This document shows, piece after piece, positions 27,301-39,361 of a stretch of DNA of 64,000 nt. The DNA lies in NCBI GenBank assembly GCA_038496445.1, contig JALMLS010000255.1, positions 310,001-374,000 on the forward strand, written 5' to 3'. This DNA comes from Trichosphaerium sp. ATCC 40318 (lineage: Eukaryota > Protista > Tubulinea). The notes beneath the pieces are model-generated. The model did no database searches, had not been told where the DNA came from, and saw nothing but the letters and a program-made list of their open reading frames with translations. Position 1 is the stretch's first letter; each line of letters starts with the position of its first letter. Position numbers and translations under genes: made by a program.

Positions 27301-27716
27301 TCAATAGGTAGCGTTGAGGCTGGATATATTGCAAAAGCACAGAAATTAGCACCAGTAGACCTTGTTGTATTGACGCGAATTAAACTGTTGACTATTGATC
27401 AAAAAAGAGATTTGCATGAGTACTCCAAACAATGTAGTACGACACTTGGTATTCCTGCTAAAAAAATGGTGTTATTGAATGAAGGCCAAGAACCTCTAGA
27501 AGCACACAGTACGTCGTACAAAGTACACTAGACAAACGAATTAATTTTGTTCTTTCAGATGTGATGTCGCTTTCAGAGTTTCGTGGAGCTCTCTTTGGAA
27601 AGCTCAGAAGACGTGTTCAAGATCCTCATGTTATACAAGACATACGAAATGCAATGACTAATGTTGTAAAGACTAAACGAGGCATTCGAGAATACAGAGC
27701 CTTTACTGATGTTTAA
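24359..27716 (+). CDS. Lipase_3 (EDS1/PAD4-like) domain fused to C-terminal degenerate P-loop GTPase-like domain
   Basis: NVVLCGHCLGGVVAQI (elbow at 24883-24900), SISFGAPL, NITYEGDII, ISPVGQF and HSPRIY. C-terminal VSVMGTRNS|EKG, LFGLDCPAF, VLVLLDAT and LVVLTRI. Multi-exon; stop at 27714-27716. Confidence 0.75.
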
Positions 27717-27878
27717 CAAAATAAAAATATTTCCTCGAAACAACAATGTCTAGACCAACGCCCTCCACTGTAGCAATTTAGTACAACCACACCGCACCTA
27801 TCAACATACACGGGTTGTAGTTCTTCAATAAAACAAGCAACACTGAGGGATTTGAAGAGTGATAGGAGGATAATTTTA

Positions 27879-28577
27879 CTATTGTTTACAAGCTATCTTA
27901 ACATCTGCAATGTTAAGTTGTCCAGTTTTCTTGTAGACACCCTCGAGGCATACAAATCCATTGATACCATCTACAAGACTTTCTTGAAGAGCAATGGTCC
28001 ATGCGTATTGATTATCTTGAATAGTCAACTGAGGACCTGCAGCTTTCTCGTATGATTCCACAATCGAGGCAATTTCACCGCTAGGATCAACTGTTTTTGT
28101 AACTGTGAAGGTATGTCTACCGAATACAAGCATATCGTGTTGCGCTGAGATTAATTGGAAGACCCAACCAAATGCAAACTGATCCTTGTTTGCAGAGAAT
28201 CCGTGTTGATCAACATAATGAGGGGCTGTCATGCCTGGTGGGAACACAATTTTTGGTGCATTTGTGTATGCAATTTTGTCGAATGGAGCACAAATAGAGG
28301 TGTCTTCGACGTCGAAGGTTGCGAAAAGATGGTTCCAGTATACCCAGTAATCAGGTTTATCGAAGAATTCAACAAGAGTGTCGAAGGGAACGCCAACATG
28401 TAGTTCGAATTTCTGTGGTGGCATCTGATTTGAGTCTGCAAGTTGTTTGTAGTACAAAGTGGTGTTGTGGATGCTAGGGTCAGAGCATGCCGGGACATTG
28501 TTTCCGAGACCATTGAGAGCATGTGTGAAAGCAGCGAAAGAGAGCAGAAAACAAACTGTGAAGAGCAGTGTTGGCAT
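27879..28577 (-). CDS. Intronless secreted SRPBCC-like protein
   Basis: Signal peptide MPTLLFTVCFLLSFAAFTHA; VPFDTLVEFFDKPDYWVYWNHLF...FGW...GRHTFTV...ESYEKAAG follows the Polyketide_cyc2 pattern. Confidence 0.6.
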   Translation of the reverse strand: MPTLLFTVCFLLSFAAFTHALNGLGNNVPACSDPSIHNTTLYYKQLADSNQMPPQKFELHVGVPFDTLVEFFDKPDYWVYWNHLFATFDVEDTSICAPFDKIAYTNAPKIVFPPGMTAPHYVDQHGFSANKDQFAFGWVFQLISAQHDMLVFGRHTFTVTKTVDPSGEIASIVESYEKAAGPQLTIQDNQYAWTIALQESLVDGINGFVCLEGVYKKTGQLNIADVKIACKQ

Positions 28578-29342
28578 TGTAGTTGATGTCAATGTTTTGT
28601 GACTAAATGACGTGTGACACGAATTCACAGCAACGAATTCGTGCAGGTAAAATGAAAAAAAAAAATGCTAACTTTTAAACATAAAAAGAGGTCGCAAGGT
28701 TTTGGTAAATAGTTTGGTCTGGCTTTACCTTTTTAAGCAGCTTAAAGGGTTCGGTTTTAATGAATTCGTTTGAGAAATTTGGTGAAATCTACGTCAGAAA
28801 TAACCCAAAAGCCCACGTTTGTAACCAACAAGCAAGTTTTATTTTGTGACACGAAAAATCGTACTGAATTGCCAGCACATCACGTGTTGTGCTGTTTTGG
28901 GCGAGTAAGCACGTTCTGGATTGCCTAGATGTAGTTGTACAGAAGTAAAGCAAGTTCGGATGTCTCCAGACCAGCTGACCCTTTTTTGAGTTTTCCCGTC
29001 AAAAATAGTCTATGTAATGCAACTGGCAATGCTACGCCATTATTATACTGGCTTGCGTTGGTGGGTTGCCAATTAAACGCATGCCACCCCATTTACGCTA
29101 CAAAGTCATTTAAAGTACCTAAAGATGTTGTCGTTACGCGTCAGATCGGCGTTTGGGCGCAGTAGTGTTGATTTGAAGCGAGTGTCGCCTGTTAACCGAA
29201 TTTATCCATATAAACTCAGCATACGCCACAACAACGCAGTTAGAGCAATAAGACGATGCCATTCGGTAAGAAAAAGTCAATCAGCAGTAAAACGTTACTG
29301 AGCATCAAACAGACAAGCGATCACTCACGATTGCATTTTGAT

Positions 29343-31502
29343 ATGAGCGGCAACGTAGTTTTTAGACAAGAAGAAATAGAACTTCTCAAAAATGCTGTTG
29401 GTCATCGTGGGAAGCTAATATTTGGTAATATAGCATTGATAAGCTTATAAAATTGAATTAACGTTTTAAAGCGATGATTTGTGGTTCTGCAGCGTTCAAT
29501 TTAAATCTACCAACATCTGACATTGGTACGTAGTAGATCTACGCGATACTAAGTCTTTAAAATGACAAACACAGTTTTTCGCGTTTTTTATGAAAATGCA
29601 GAACCCCTTCTCATATTTGGTCAGATTACATGGGAGTATACATTGGAAACAACCAAGGACCTTTAAAGAAGCTTAAAAACGGTGGGACGCTAGACAAGCA
29701 CGATCCAGATTATCAAATCTACGGCAAGCCAAAAATGACACTTGGTGTCAGAAATCTGTTTTGTTTCAGAGTCTAACATCTTATATAGAGGCTTCAGTTT
29801 ATTGTGAACTTCTTGTTAAGGGAAATCCAAAGGTTAGAAGTCCAAACTGAAGACTGTGAGTGCTGTATTATTGACGTTTTGTTTATCTTTAGGTTGTTGA
29901 GCCTCTGTTCACAGATAAGTTGTGTTGGTCATCTCAAGAGTGGGAAGAATTGAAGAAACTTCGTAAGGTTGTTCTAAATCAGACAACAATAAAACAATAC
30001 TTTGGTTTTGGTGCGTTTTTTTGAACAGTTAGGGTAAAATTTTGTTTTGTTGATGTGCTGACACGTGATAGCGAATGTACAACTCAAAGATATTGAAAAG
30101 GGTAAAGGTGTGCCTACCAAGAAGTTGTATCATACATACCGTCTATTGAAGGAATCAAAACGTATAGTAGATGGACAAGAACCACATGGTATGTGAATTT
30201 AATTACAGCAATTATCTGACATCTTTTGTCGGTAGTGTTCCTAGAAGGACCTGAACATGATTTCATCATGAAAATTCGTGCAGATGATGTTGACAGAGAA
30301 GCACTCATGAAGGAGATTGCTGAATTAAAGGAATACATAAACGCCAGGCTGTCAAACATTCCAGAAGTACGTTTGGATTTTTTTAGTTACTAAAAATACG
30401 TGAAAGAATTTTCCACCGTGACTTATCGTTGTTAGAGCGCTGACAAGTCTGTATTAACAGAATGGTTGACTCCTATGCTACTTAAAGGTCTCAAAGATGC
30501 ACCCCAAAAACCTATAAAATATGAGAGAGGTACAGGCTATGAGGATTTGGTAAAACGTGCTGAAGATCTTTTGAAAAAGAATGGTATTAAAGGAAGTATA
30601 CTTTATATTGCAGAGTCAGGTACACATCGCCAATAGCCTTTCATGTCTAATATTTTGTACAGGAAGCAACGCTTTTGGTCTTGAGTGTTCTGAAAAAGAT
30701 TACTTTGGTGTATATGCTGTAAATCCGTTAGAAGTGATCAATCCATTAAACAAGACAGTGACAACTGTTTTTGATGAGAGTACGCTAAAATTTCTTTTTA
30801 TAACTTTTCAGTGATCATGTGCACTCATTTTGTTGATTCAGCGTTATCTTCTGGTGAACCAAATAAAGGAAAATATAAACGAGGAATGCAATTGCATGAG
30901 GTTACTGCTGTCGCCCGAGTGCTTTCTAAAGTCCGTAACTTGGTTTTTTATCATGTTACCGCTTGCTTACTGTAAATATTTGTAGGGCTCTAACCGGGCG
31001 GTTGAGGCGTTTTATCAAGATCCAGAGAGGACTTGGACATCTTCTCCATGGAAAGTACTTCGTGCTGCGGTTGCAGAGAAGGGAGGACTTTTAACACCAG
31101 CACTTGTACGCCTTGTTCTCCATCCGACATTTGAACGACATTCTCATTTTTTTTTTCAAGGTATTCCAATACTTGGGTCTAGCAAAAGCTTGTTGTATTG
31201 CTGGTCAGAGGGCTAAGGATGAGTTTCCAAGATATTTATGTATGGCACAACGTTTTATGATGCAAGCAAAACGTGTTGTTAAGGGTCAAGTACCGTCAAC
31301 GAATTGGTTATCTTCAGAAGAATTACAATTGCTTAAAGATATAAAAGCTGGTAAAATTGACATGATGGGACGATCAGATGCCATACTCAAGGATATTAAA
31401 GTCCTTCAAGCTGGGCTTAAGGGAGCTTCTTCTCTACCAAAGATTGATCCTACAGACGTATTGAATGACTGGGTACTATCATTGTACAAAGGGATGTTAT
31501 AA
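29343..31502 (+). CDS. Tandem RlaP-type (PF10127, Pol-beta superfamily) nucleotidyltransferase
   Basis: Domain 1: ICGSAAFNLNLPTSDI|DYMGVY...LVKGNPK|VVEPLF...KKLYHTYRLL. Domain 2: AES|GSNAFGLECSEKDYFGVY...LSK|GSNRAVEAF...YLCMAQRFM...LNDWV. Confidence 0.82.
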
Positions 31503-31585
31503 AAGCAAATAAACATAGGAAACAAACTTTGACTTTGTACAATCTGCAACTATTTGTTTACTGTCTTTTTTTAATTGTTCTGGCA

Positions 31586-33433
31586 CTAAACTGTTCGCGG
31601 TTGAGCACGCCCAGAAATGAGCATATCTCCATTACATGCTGGGCATGTGCAATCAAAAAAATAACGCTTTTTGAGTAAGGATTTGCGTTGTTCCTTTGAT
31701 CGTCCAATGACTAGATTATATCTCGTTAGTATCTGCGCAGATGTAGTTTTGTAATAACTTTTTTCTTCTTACCTTGTACATAAGTGTCATTAAGCTCCTC
31801 ACCTACAGTTGAAACACGTGAGTAATTCATTCATTGAAGGTAATTTTAAAAATGTTGTGACCTTTCTTTATATCAGCCATTGCATACACAGCCACGTGCG
31901 CGTACTGCTTTGAAGGATCAAGTCTCTCGGCAATCTCATCTATACCCGCGACTACATTAAATTGACAACTGTGATTCATCAAAGGGTATCTGCGAAACAA
32001 GCCAGAACCGTCAACATAAGGTAGTACTCTAATAAAAAAAAATTCAGTATTTTGAACTTACGTTACCGTTCGTTGTACGGTACCCGTAATAGCCAACTAT
32101 AGCTTGCTTTAAACTCACGAATTCCATTGCATATTCAAAGTTTTTCATTGATGCGTCTAAGTATATTGCCCAAGGAGAATGTACTGTTACACTAAAGTTA
32201 TTTGTTGCAGCAATGCCAAGAACACGATCCCAAAAAATACGTTCAAATAATATATCAAATCTGTTGTCGTTGATTCCTTCTTTAAACATTGCTATAGCAT
32301 CTTTTATATTTAGTTGATATAACTCTTTGGTTGTATACGTTACACCAGGCTTTTGTGAATGAGCTTCAGCTTGCATCACCTCGGTGAATGGTACCCAAAA
32401 AAATTGACCTAAGAATCAATGTTAGAACAAACCAAAACGTGATCAAACCGGCATGTTGCTCACCTATCATAAAATCTATCGCTTCTTCTATTGTTTTACC
32501 ATCATCAATGACCATTTTAATAATAGATCCAACTACTCTAGCGCCAACCTCGAGTCTCATTGGCCAGTTTTCTTTAGAAAATTTGAAGAACTTTATAAGG
32601 TTTTCATTTGGCTTATCAGTCTTTTCTTTCGTGCATATATACTTGTGATGTACCATTGCCTCACTTTTACAACTAGCGCAAAATACTTTACCACAATCAT
32701 CACAACAACTGACCTCAGGTAACGCAGGTTCAAACTGTTGAGCATAATCCAGAGCTTCCTAAAAAACACAGAAATTAAAAAAAGATTATTTAAATTAAAC
32801 ACGTGTAGTATTTTTCTTTTACTCTAAAAACTGCACGAAACGCGGTAACTAACATTAAGCTATCATATACACACGTAACAGTATGATTAGATGCGATGAA
32901 GTTTTATTCTTTAAAAAAGGCAATAATGCTTTACTTGGTATGAAAACAGGCTTAACGTACTTCTGATGGTGGATCGCGGCGTATTTCTGTGCACGTATCC
33001 AAAAGCAATTGACGAAATGAGCCAACAAATCTCATACAATGAGCGCAAATGGTTCCTTTAATGTTATCACCTATGATAAAGCGGTTTTGAGTATGTTACG
33101 ATAGCATTCGTAATTAAATCGTGGCCTACAAACGCAAACTTTTGATTCTTTTGTGGAAAGACCGTTTATCACGCGTGAAACAGCGAATTCTCGGGTTCTA
33201 GCGGTGAATGAAAAAAAAAAAGTTTACCTTTGTTTGGCTGTAGACTGATAGGACGCTCAGTCCATATTAATTGCTTCTCTTTAATGTCCTCAGTAGCAAA
33301 GACACCTCTACCAAACTGTTCTGAAATGTATCGCACCTACAAACAGTATTAGCTTTTAAAGCTGACGGTTGTGTGCCTGGCATGGTGCGTTCTTGAATAG
33401 AGCTTCTTGTTGAGGTGTTACTGTAAGGCTCAT
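31586..33433 (-). CDS. SMYD5-like SET/MYND lysine methyltransferase
   Basis: VRYISEQFGRGVFATEDIKEKQLIWTERP, CAHCMR, CDDCGKVFCASC, GSGLF...MNHSC, GEELNDTY and YFFDCTCPAC. Confidence 0.88.
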
Positions 33434-34324
33434 AGTGGAATTACAGATTTGTTCCCAAATCAAATATCACTGTTTTTTTTTTGGAAACGTCAAGAATATT
33501 CTAGACTTGCAACCATTTGATCAATCTTGATTTCTGGTCAATCAACCATTGACTATGCAAAAATATTAGGGGATGAGTATGTGGCCATATACAATGCAAC
33601 TGCTCCCAAAGCTAGCAGCATCACCGTGAAGGATAAGGTGATACTGCCGTATGCTAACCAGCAAGGGTGGACGTTCATCGAAAGGTGGTAAACAAATGGA
33701 TTCCTGCGCTCGCGCCTTCCCGCCAGACTAGTTTATGCACGCAAATCCAAGGTCCTCCATACGACTACCGCCGACACTGATGTTATCCCTTGGATTTTAT
33801 AAGAGCATGAAACGATATTTAAACACTTGCAACAACCAAATAAAAAAAAAAGTGGTACAACCCTTTATTGCTTCTTTGGTTAAGATAAAGCTATTAGCTA
33901 CATTCTTCGCGTTTTTGGTGGTATTTCACAATATGATTGAAGTAGCAATCAATCAACAGTTCAAAAAAAATCATTTTTTCCGATACCAAAATACAAGTGT
34001 TACGAGTGCTCAATTTTACAAACACAGTTGCTGAACATGCTTGTGAAAACTTGACTCGTGGTAAATCAATATCCCATCACTCGAGTGAATAAAAGCGATG
34101 ACTTAAGGTGATATTGCGCTATTCGTTACAGAATAACTTAACCATAGTAGTGAAAAGGCAACTGACGCTAGCCATCAACACTATATTTACAAACCTTGTA
34201 TTCTGGAAAACGAAAAAGGCGTTTACTAGCTATTTTGTTTAATTTTATCTTGAAAGGTACATAGACACCCTCACGTACTTGTTATGTCACACAAGAAAAC
34301 AACATTGTGGTTTACGACATTACT

Positions 34325-35620
34325 ATGCCTTTTCGCTTTATTTATGTATTTGACACGTGCGCAACCTTCAAGATGCGATACTGTACTCTTTTTGGTAAGT
34401 TTTTCGTACAACCTTCGCTGATTTCATGCTCAGGCGGACTATGATAACTGCACGCTTACCACCCCTGGTGACTTGGACGTACTTTCTTTAGCCGAAGAAA
34501 GGCACACGGTAGAAGTTTTGTGTTCTAGAGACGTTTCTCCAGAATTAGCCGCGGAGTATGCCCTTGTGGTAATTTTATAAGTATTAAATTGATGATTTAT
34601 GCATTGTTAGGTTATAGCTCAGTCCGCTTTGTCTTATAATGTAGTTCAACTGGTCAATGCAAATGTTCCAATGATAGTTTACGAAGAACAAGCATTCAGA
34701 AGGTTAAAAATGGCTGATAGTGGTCAGAGCAATGCTATGACTGGGATTCGAATTACGGCGCCCAATCATCCTTTGGCAGCTAATTATAGTGGAAGACTCG
34801 AAGTTACTCGTAATTGTGATGTAGAATGTACAGTTGGTAGTATAGTAAATGGAGGTGGATCAACAGAGATAGCAAGGAGAGGAGATAAGAGGGCAGTGTA
34901 TGTCTATGAAAAAGTAAGCCAAAACGAGGCTAATTCACTTTAACTTTGTTCAAAAAGGGTTCTGAACTTGTTGATGGTTCTACTGCTCGTGCTATGCGAA
35001 TTGGATTATTTGTTGGAATCTCAGGGCTAACTGGTGAAGCGGAAAATATTACACGAGCAGCAATTGAATATGCCTTCAATGGAGGTCTTTGTGGTGCGAC
35101 TTTTATCAGCTCTTTTTCGCCTTCTTTGACTTCAATTGTAGTTGATAAGGAGGAAGTTATAGATACCATTCGAGTAATAGATGGAACTCAAGTGATCAAA
35201 GGTAGTACTAAAACGTACTTTTTGATTTCACATGACAGATATTTAGGCCACTTAGTCCTAACGAAAGATGGAATACTACAATTTAAAAATAATGGAACTT
35301 TAATAGTCGAAGGTTGTGTGTTTCTTTTCGGTCGTATTTCTATAACTGGAGACATTGATGATGGTTATAAGCTTATTGAAGTAAAAAACGAATACTGCAA
35401 GGTTAGTACAACATCAGTGGAGACTTTCTCAAGTGAAGAATGCAAACTTTCTCTTCGTCAAGGCAAGTTTACTACAATTGTCTTTTTTTACTTTTTATTA
35501 ATATTGGTAGACTTGCTTCAGTTATTTGCAAATCCCTTCGAAACTTGTGGAGTGTTTCGCAAGAGAACTTTCTTAAGCGAAATCTTAGTAATATTGTGTT
35601 TGTTTATTATAGTAATGTAG
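34325..35620 (+). CDS. Putative surface/membrane protein of unknown function
   Basis: Consecutive exon-like ORFs 34629-34943 and 34946-35620 with GT-AG boundaries and a hydrophobic C-terminus (ILVILCLFIIVM); start uncertain. Confidence 0.5.
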
Positions 35621-36409
35621 CTTAGCGCTGTGTACAAAAAAACAGAAAGAAATTTTATATCAATGTTTACTTTTTTATTAAAGAAGCTGTATCAGCCACT
35701 ATACACCATCAGTGTATGGACTCTAAGTAGCTTTCGTTCTATTTTGATAAGTTGGATACGTACAAGCACGTAATTTTATGTCCCTTTAAAAAAGGATTTT
35801 GAAACGTTGCCTATGTTGTTACAAACAGCTTTTAAGTAAGGGTCAAGCTTACATTATTTCATACTTTTTATGACAAAAAGATTGATTCTGTTAAAGCAGA
35901 TTCTGTAAATACACATAAACTAGCGTTTGCTATTTATCGACATAATGGACTGACATTCTTAAGAATGGAGCTCACTAAGGCTTGACACTTGGAGTTGCAC
36001 CAAAACAAATGTTTGGTGGGTGTTAAGTGATCAGGACACCATCTACTTTGATGGACTGTACTGTTAAAATAGAGAAAGTTGCAGTCAATACTTGACTATA
36101 CCTGGTAAATTCAAAGAGTCGTTTTGGCATTGGATGTTTACTCACAGCAGTATTAAACATTTTCCTTCCCCAACCAAGCACCCCCACCTCTGCAGTAGGC
36201 ACGGGGAAACTCGAAACTTCAGAAGTGATTAAGTTCTAAAAGTCCACCGCTAGGTGATTGAAAGAAGTTCTACTGAAAAATACTGAAGCTCTTATATAGT
36301 GGCCGCATACCAACCGTTACTCTTTGAAATTACAGGCATAAGTTTCACAACAAGCTACAAGCAAGCAAGTGAAACCAAGTACTGAATTGCTCCTTTCCCT
36401 ACACTTGCA

Positions 36410-36868
36410 CAATAACATTTTAGATAACAATTGAATACACTACTCAGCCGACACACTTTGGGTGATACATATGCGTAATACGAAATATTGGTGTGATACT
36501 TCGCAGAGTGATACTTCGGGGGAATAACCCTTTTCTCGGTCAACCCAACTATTGTTGTGGTCAGATGTGTAGCGTATTCAGTGCTATCCCTCCAAGGTAC
36601 TTAAGAGTATTGTTCCCTTTGGAGGTAAAATGAGAGAATAAACACATACAGCACAATAACATTTCAGATAGCAATTTGAATACACTACTCAGTGCCGACA
36701 CACGTTGGGTAATACGTTTGGTATGATACTTGGGGGTAACCCTGTTCTCTGTCAAACGTAACCGTATATATATGGTGCCCCAACTTTCGTTGTGGTCGGA
36801 TGTGTAGCATATTCAGTGCCATCCCTCCAAGGTACTTAAGAGTATTGTTCCCTTTGGAGGTAAAATGT
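36410..36868. repeat. Internal tandem duplication, ~235-bp unit x ~2, in repeat copy 1
   Basis: CCCTCCAAGGTACTTAAGAGTATTGTTCCCTTTGGAGGTAAAATG occurs at ~36588 and ~36823; ACTACTCAG.GCCGACACAC also occurs twice. Confidence 0.9.
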
Positions 36869-37360
36869 ATTGAATGTGTTTATTCTCTGCAACATACAGG
36901 GACAAGCCCTTGTACATTGCTGTGCATGTCAATTCCTAAGATATAAGTTAGCTAACAATAAACTTATAATCACGACTTTGAATACCTCAACTAGAACCTG
37001 CCTTGCCAAAATCTTGGTACCAACCTAAACATCCCTTATCCCAAGTTGGCTTCACCTGTGTATTGAACCAGAACTCCAATACCATATCTACTCTCCTAAA
37101 AAACATTGGTCAGTCATACATTCATGTGATTTTGTTGCCCACTGAGGGCTTCAATTACATACCTTTTATAATGCCACCCTTATCTCCCCAATTGATGTAC
37201 TTGGCTTGGGTGCCTTTCCATCAATTAATTCTTGAGACACATCAATGTCTATCCCACAAGTACTTGGACATGTGCCTTTCCTTGTTGGGTAAAACTTGTT
37301 GAGCTGCTGGATGACATGGCACCTCTTAGGGTACCTGCCAAAGTTATGAACCTGTGACTC

Positions 37361-37628
37361 GATTAGCATTTCTACACTTCAAATGAGTGTTATAATGATA
37401 GAAGAGGACATATGTTCATACATAGATAGTTGTCGCCCACTGTGGGCTTCAACTTATGACTGGAGGTCTCGATTAGCATTTCTACACTTCAAATGAGTGT
37501 TATAATGATAGAAGAGCACGTATGTTCATGCACAGATAGTTGTCGCCCACTGTGGGCTTCAACTTCATGGCTGGAGGTCTCGATTAACATTTCTACGCCT
37601 CAAAATGTGCGTTATAATGATAGAAGAG
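37361..37628. repeat. Internal tandem array, ~110-bp unit x ~2.5, in repeat copy 1
   Basis: GATTAGCATTTCTACACTTCAAATGAGTGTTATAATGATAGAAGAG at 37361, 37471 and (variant) 37582; each full unit carries the dyad GCCCACTGTGGGC. Confidence 0.92.
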
Positions 37629-39361
37629 AACCCATTCTCAGAGTGGACACAGCATTAAAGCTGTAGTACCACTCACTCAACAACCAATGAGTAGTGTCAT
37701 TGGCGGATATACTAAGAGACAAGCTAAACTTGCCCTTTTCTATCCTTCACAAAGTGTTCTGTAGTTACACAGATACACACTTGCTATTCCCTCCTGTCGG
37801 AGGCGCTTGAGCCAGTCGATTACCACTGCCTATGCCATGTTTTTTACGCATTTTACATAGGTGGCTTATGTGGTAGAAGACCTAACTGCAAGGGGGTAAA
37901 GAGAAGCAACTTCTAGGGCACACACTACACAAAATAATTTGTGTTTGTTTTTTTTTTTCTTTTTTTTTGGTGTCTTGAAGTCTTTCTTCTTTTATGCTAT
38001 ATTAGGCTACACGGTTGTAAGACTGAACCTATTGAATGAAAATATCGAGTTTTCACGGCACTTATAATACCATTGCAACTCTCGTAGCTCTCTTCATACA
38101 CGTTGTGCGTTAGGGTTGTGTTGAACAAAACACTCAAAACAGTAATATTAGTTCGTTGTTCCTGTGCTTTGTGCGCCTCTTCGTTGTTGAAAGTCCAAAT
38201 AAATGCTAGTGGGTCTAAAACGCGCTCATACTTACATTCATTGTATTTTATGGCGTCCACGCTTATTGTGTATAAATAGTAACAAAAAACCAACCGTTTT
38301 TTCCTCAAAAATGCCTTTATTTATCTCTGTATGCGTTTACAACTATTTGTGCATGGTTTTAGCAGCGCCATTCGCCATTCTCACTGTTCCTGTCCACGAA
38401 GAAGTTCAATTGACCACCCACAGATTCAAAAAAAAACCAGATTACATCTCGTTTCTTGTTCTTGACAATGGAAGTTTGGATATATTAGGAGAATGCGAAG
38501 TGCTTTTTAAAGAAGACAGACATCTCTGGCCGTCGCTGGTACCTTCTAGTTCCTTTTTAAACACTTCATCCACATATAAGTATCTACCATATTGCATTCT
38601 ATTGCTTTGAGGGAAGGAGAGCAATGGAAATAAGTAAGCACGGACTGATCCAATTGAAAAACGAGCGAACAAAAAAGTAAAGTCGAAATGTGAAAGTTCT
38701 AGAAAAAAAAGGCTCAGAGCATTATTCGACTAAGTCTCCGTACTCTTTTTGGCGCGAAAGCCATACTGTAATAGCGCTTACCACTAGCGTAAATCGTTAA
38801 TTTATTGAAGGTTTTTACAGCAGTTCAGTGAGTGGAATGGTAAGCCGTTTAAATATGGTCATAATGCAACTTGATAGTTTATTTTGTTTTCCTTAACACT
38901 GTAGTTTGGGCAGGTAAGATCAAGAAGTACAAAGGCATATAAAAGCTGTAATCCGAACATTTTAAGTGAAGCTCCAAGTCACAAACTGTTGGAACACTTC
39001 AAGTTGTCAAAACCCATTCCAAGAAAAATGTTCACCCTTCAAAATTAAGAGTCCCTACTAACACAACTGATTAATTGTGTCTTTACTGCCGTTTGGCGTA
39101 ACTCACTGTGATACCACAATTTTTTTATCGTACAAATTTTTAATTGGTTTCTATTACATATCTTCACTCTGAGAGGCCTTGAAACAATGACCCAACTTCA
39201 AATCAAGTTTGAAAAGGGTTTTAACTTACATTCAAGTTTTTCTCGGAATTAAAAAAACACAAAAAGGAAGCTAAAAATAACATTAGATTGAAACAAGTCT
39301 AGCTTAAAATTCTTCTAAGTCACACTTTTAACCTAAGCAAAACACGTTATACATCACCTCA

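Larger units (their letters stand above)
35931..38450 (-). mobile_element. Dispersed ~2.5 kb non-autonomous composite repeat, copy 1 (reverse complement of copy 2)
   Basis: 35931-~38050 is nearly identical to the reverse complement of ~60480-62591. Similarity continues at visibly lower identity over ~38050-38450 versus ~60080-60480. No intact ORF. Confidence 0.8.

Noticed and set aside
33570-33800. GC-richer intergenic patch (and a similar one at ~59700-59990) as ncRNA or gene remnant
   Set aside because: No recognisable RNA structure or protein motif; cannot be supported without a database search.
37361-37628. Possible CRISPR-like array (repeats with an internal palindrome)
   Set aside because: The whole ~110-bp unit is repeated with no unique spacers, there are only ~2.5 units, no cas genes are present, and the context is eukaryotic.
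37945-37970. Poly(A) tail of a LINE/SINE
   Set aside because: Homology between the copies continues ~480 bp past the T/A tract, so it is internal. No RT or target-site duplication was seen.
38311-38610. Small ORF after a TATAAATA motif in the diverged arm of the repeat
   Set aside because: The ATG and frame are not conserved in the second copy and there is no recognisable domain.
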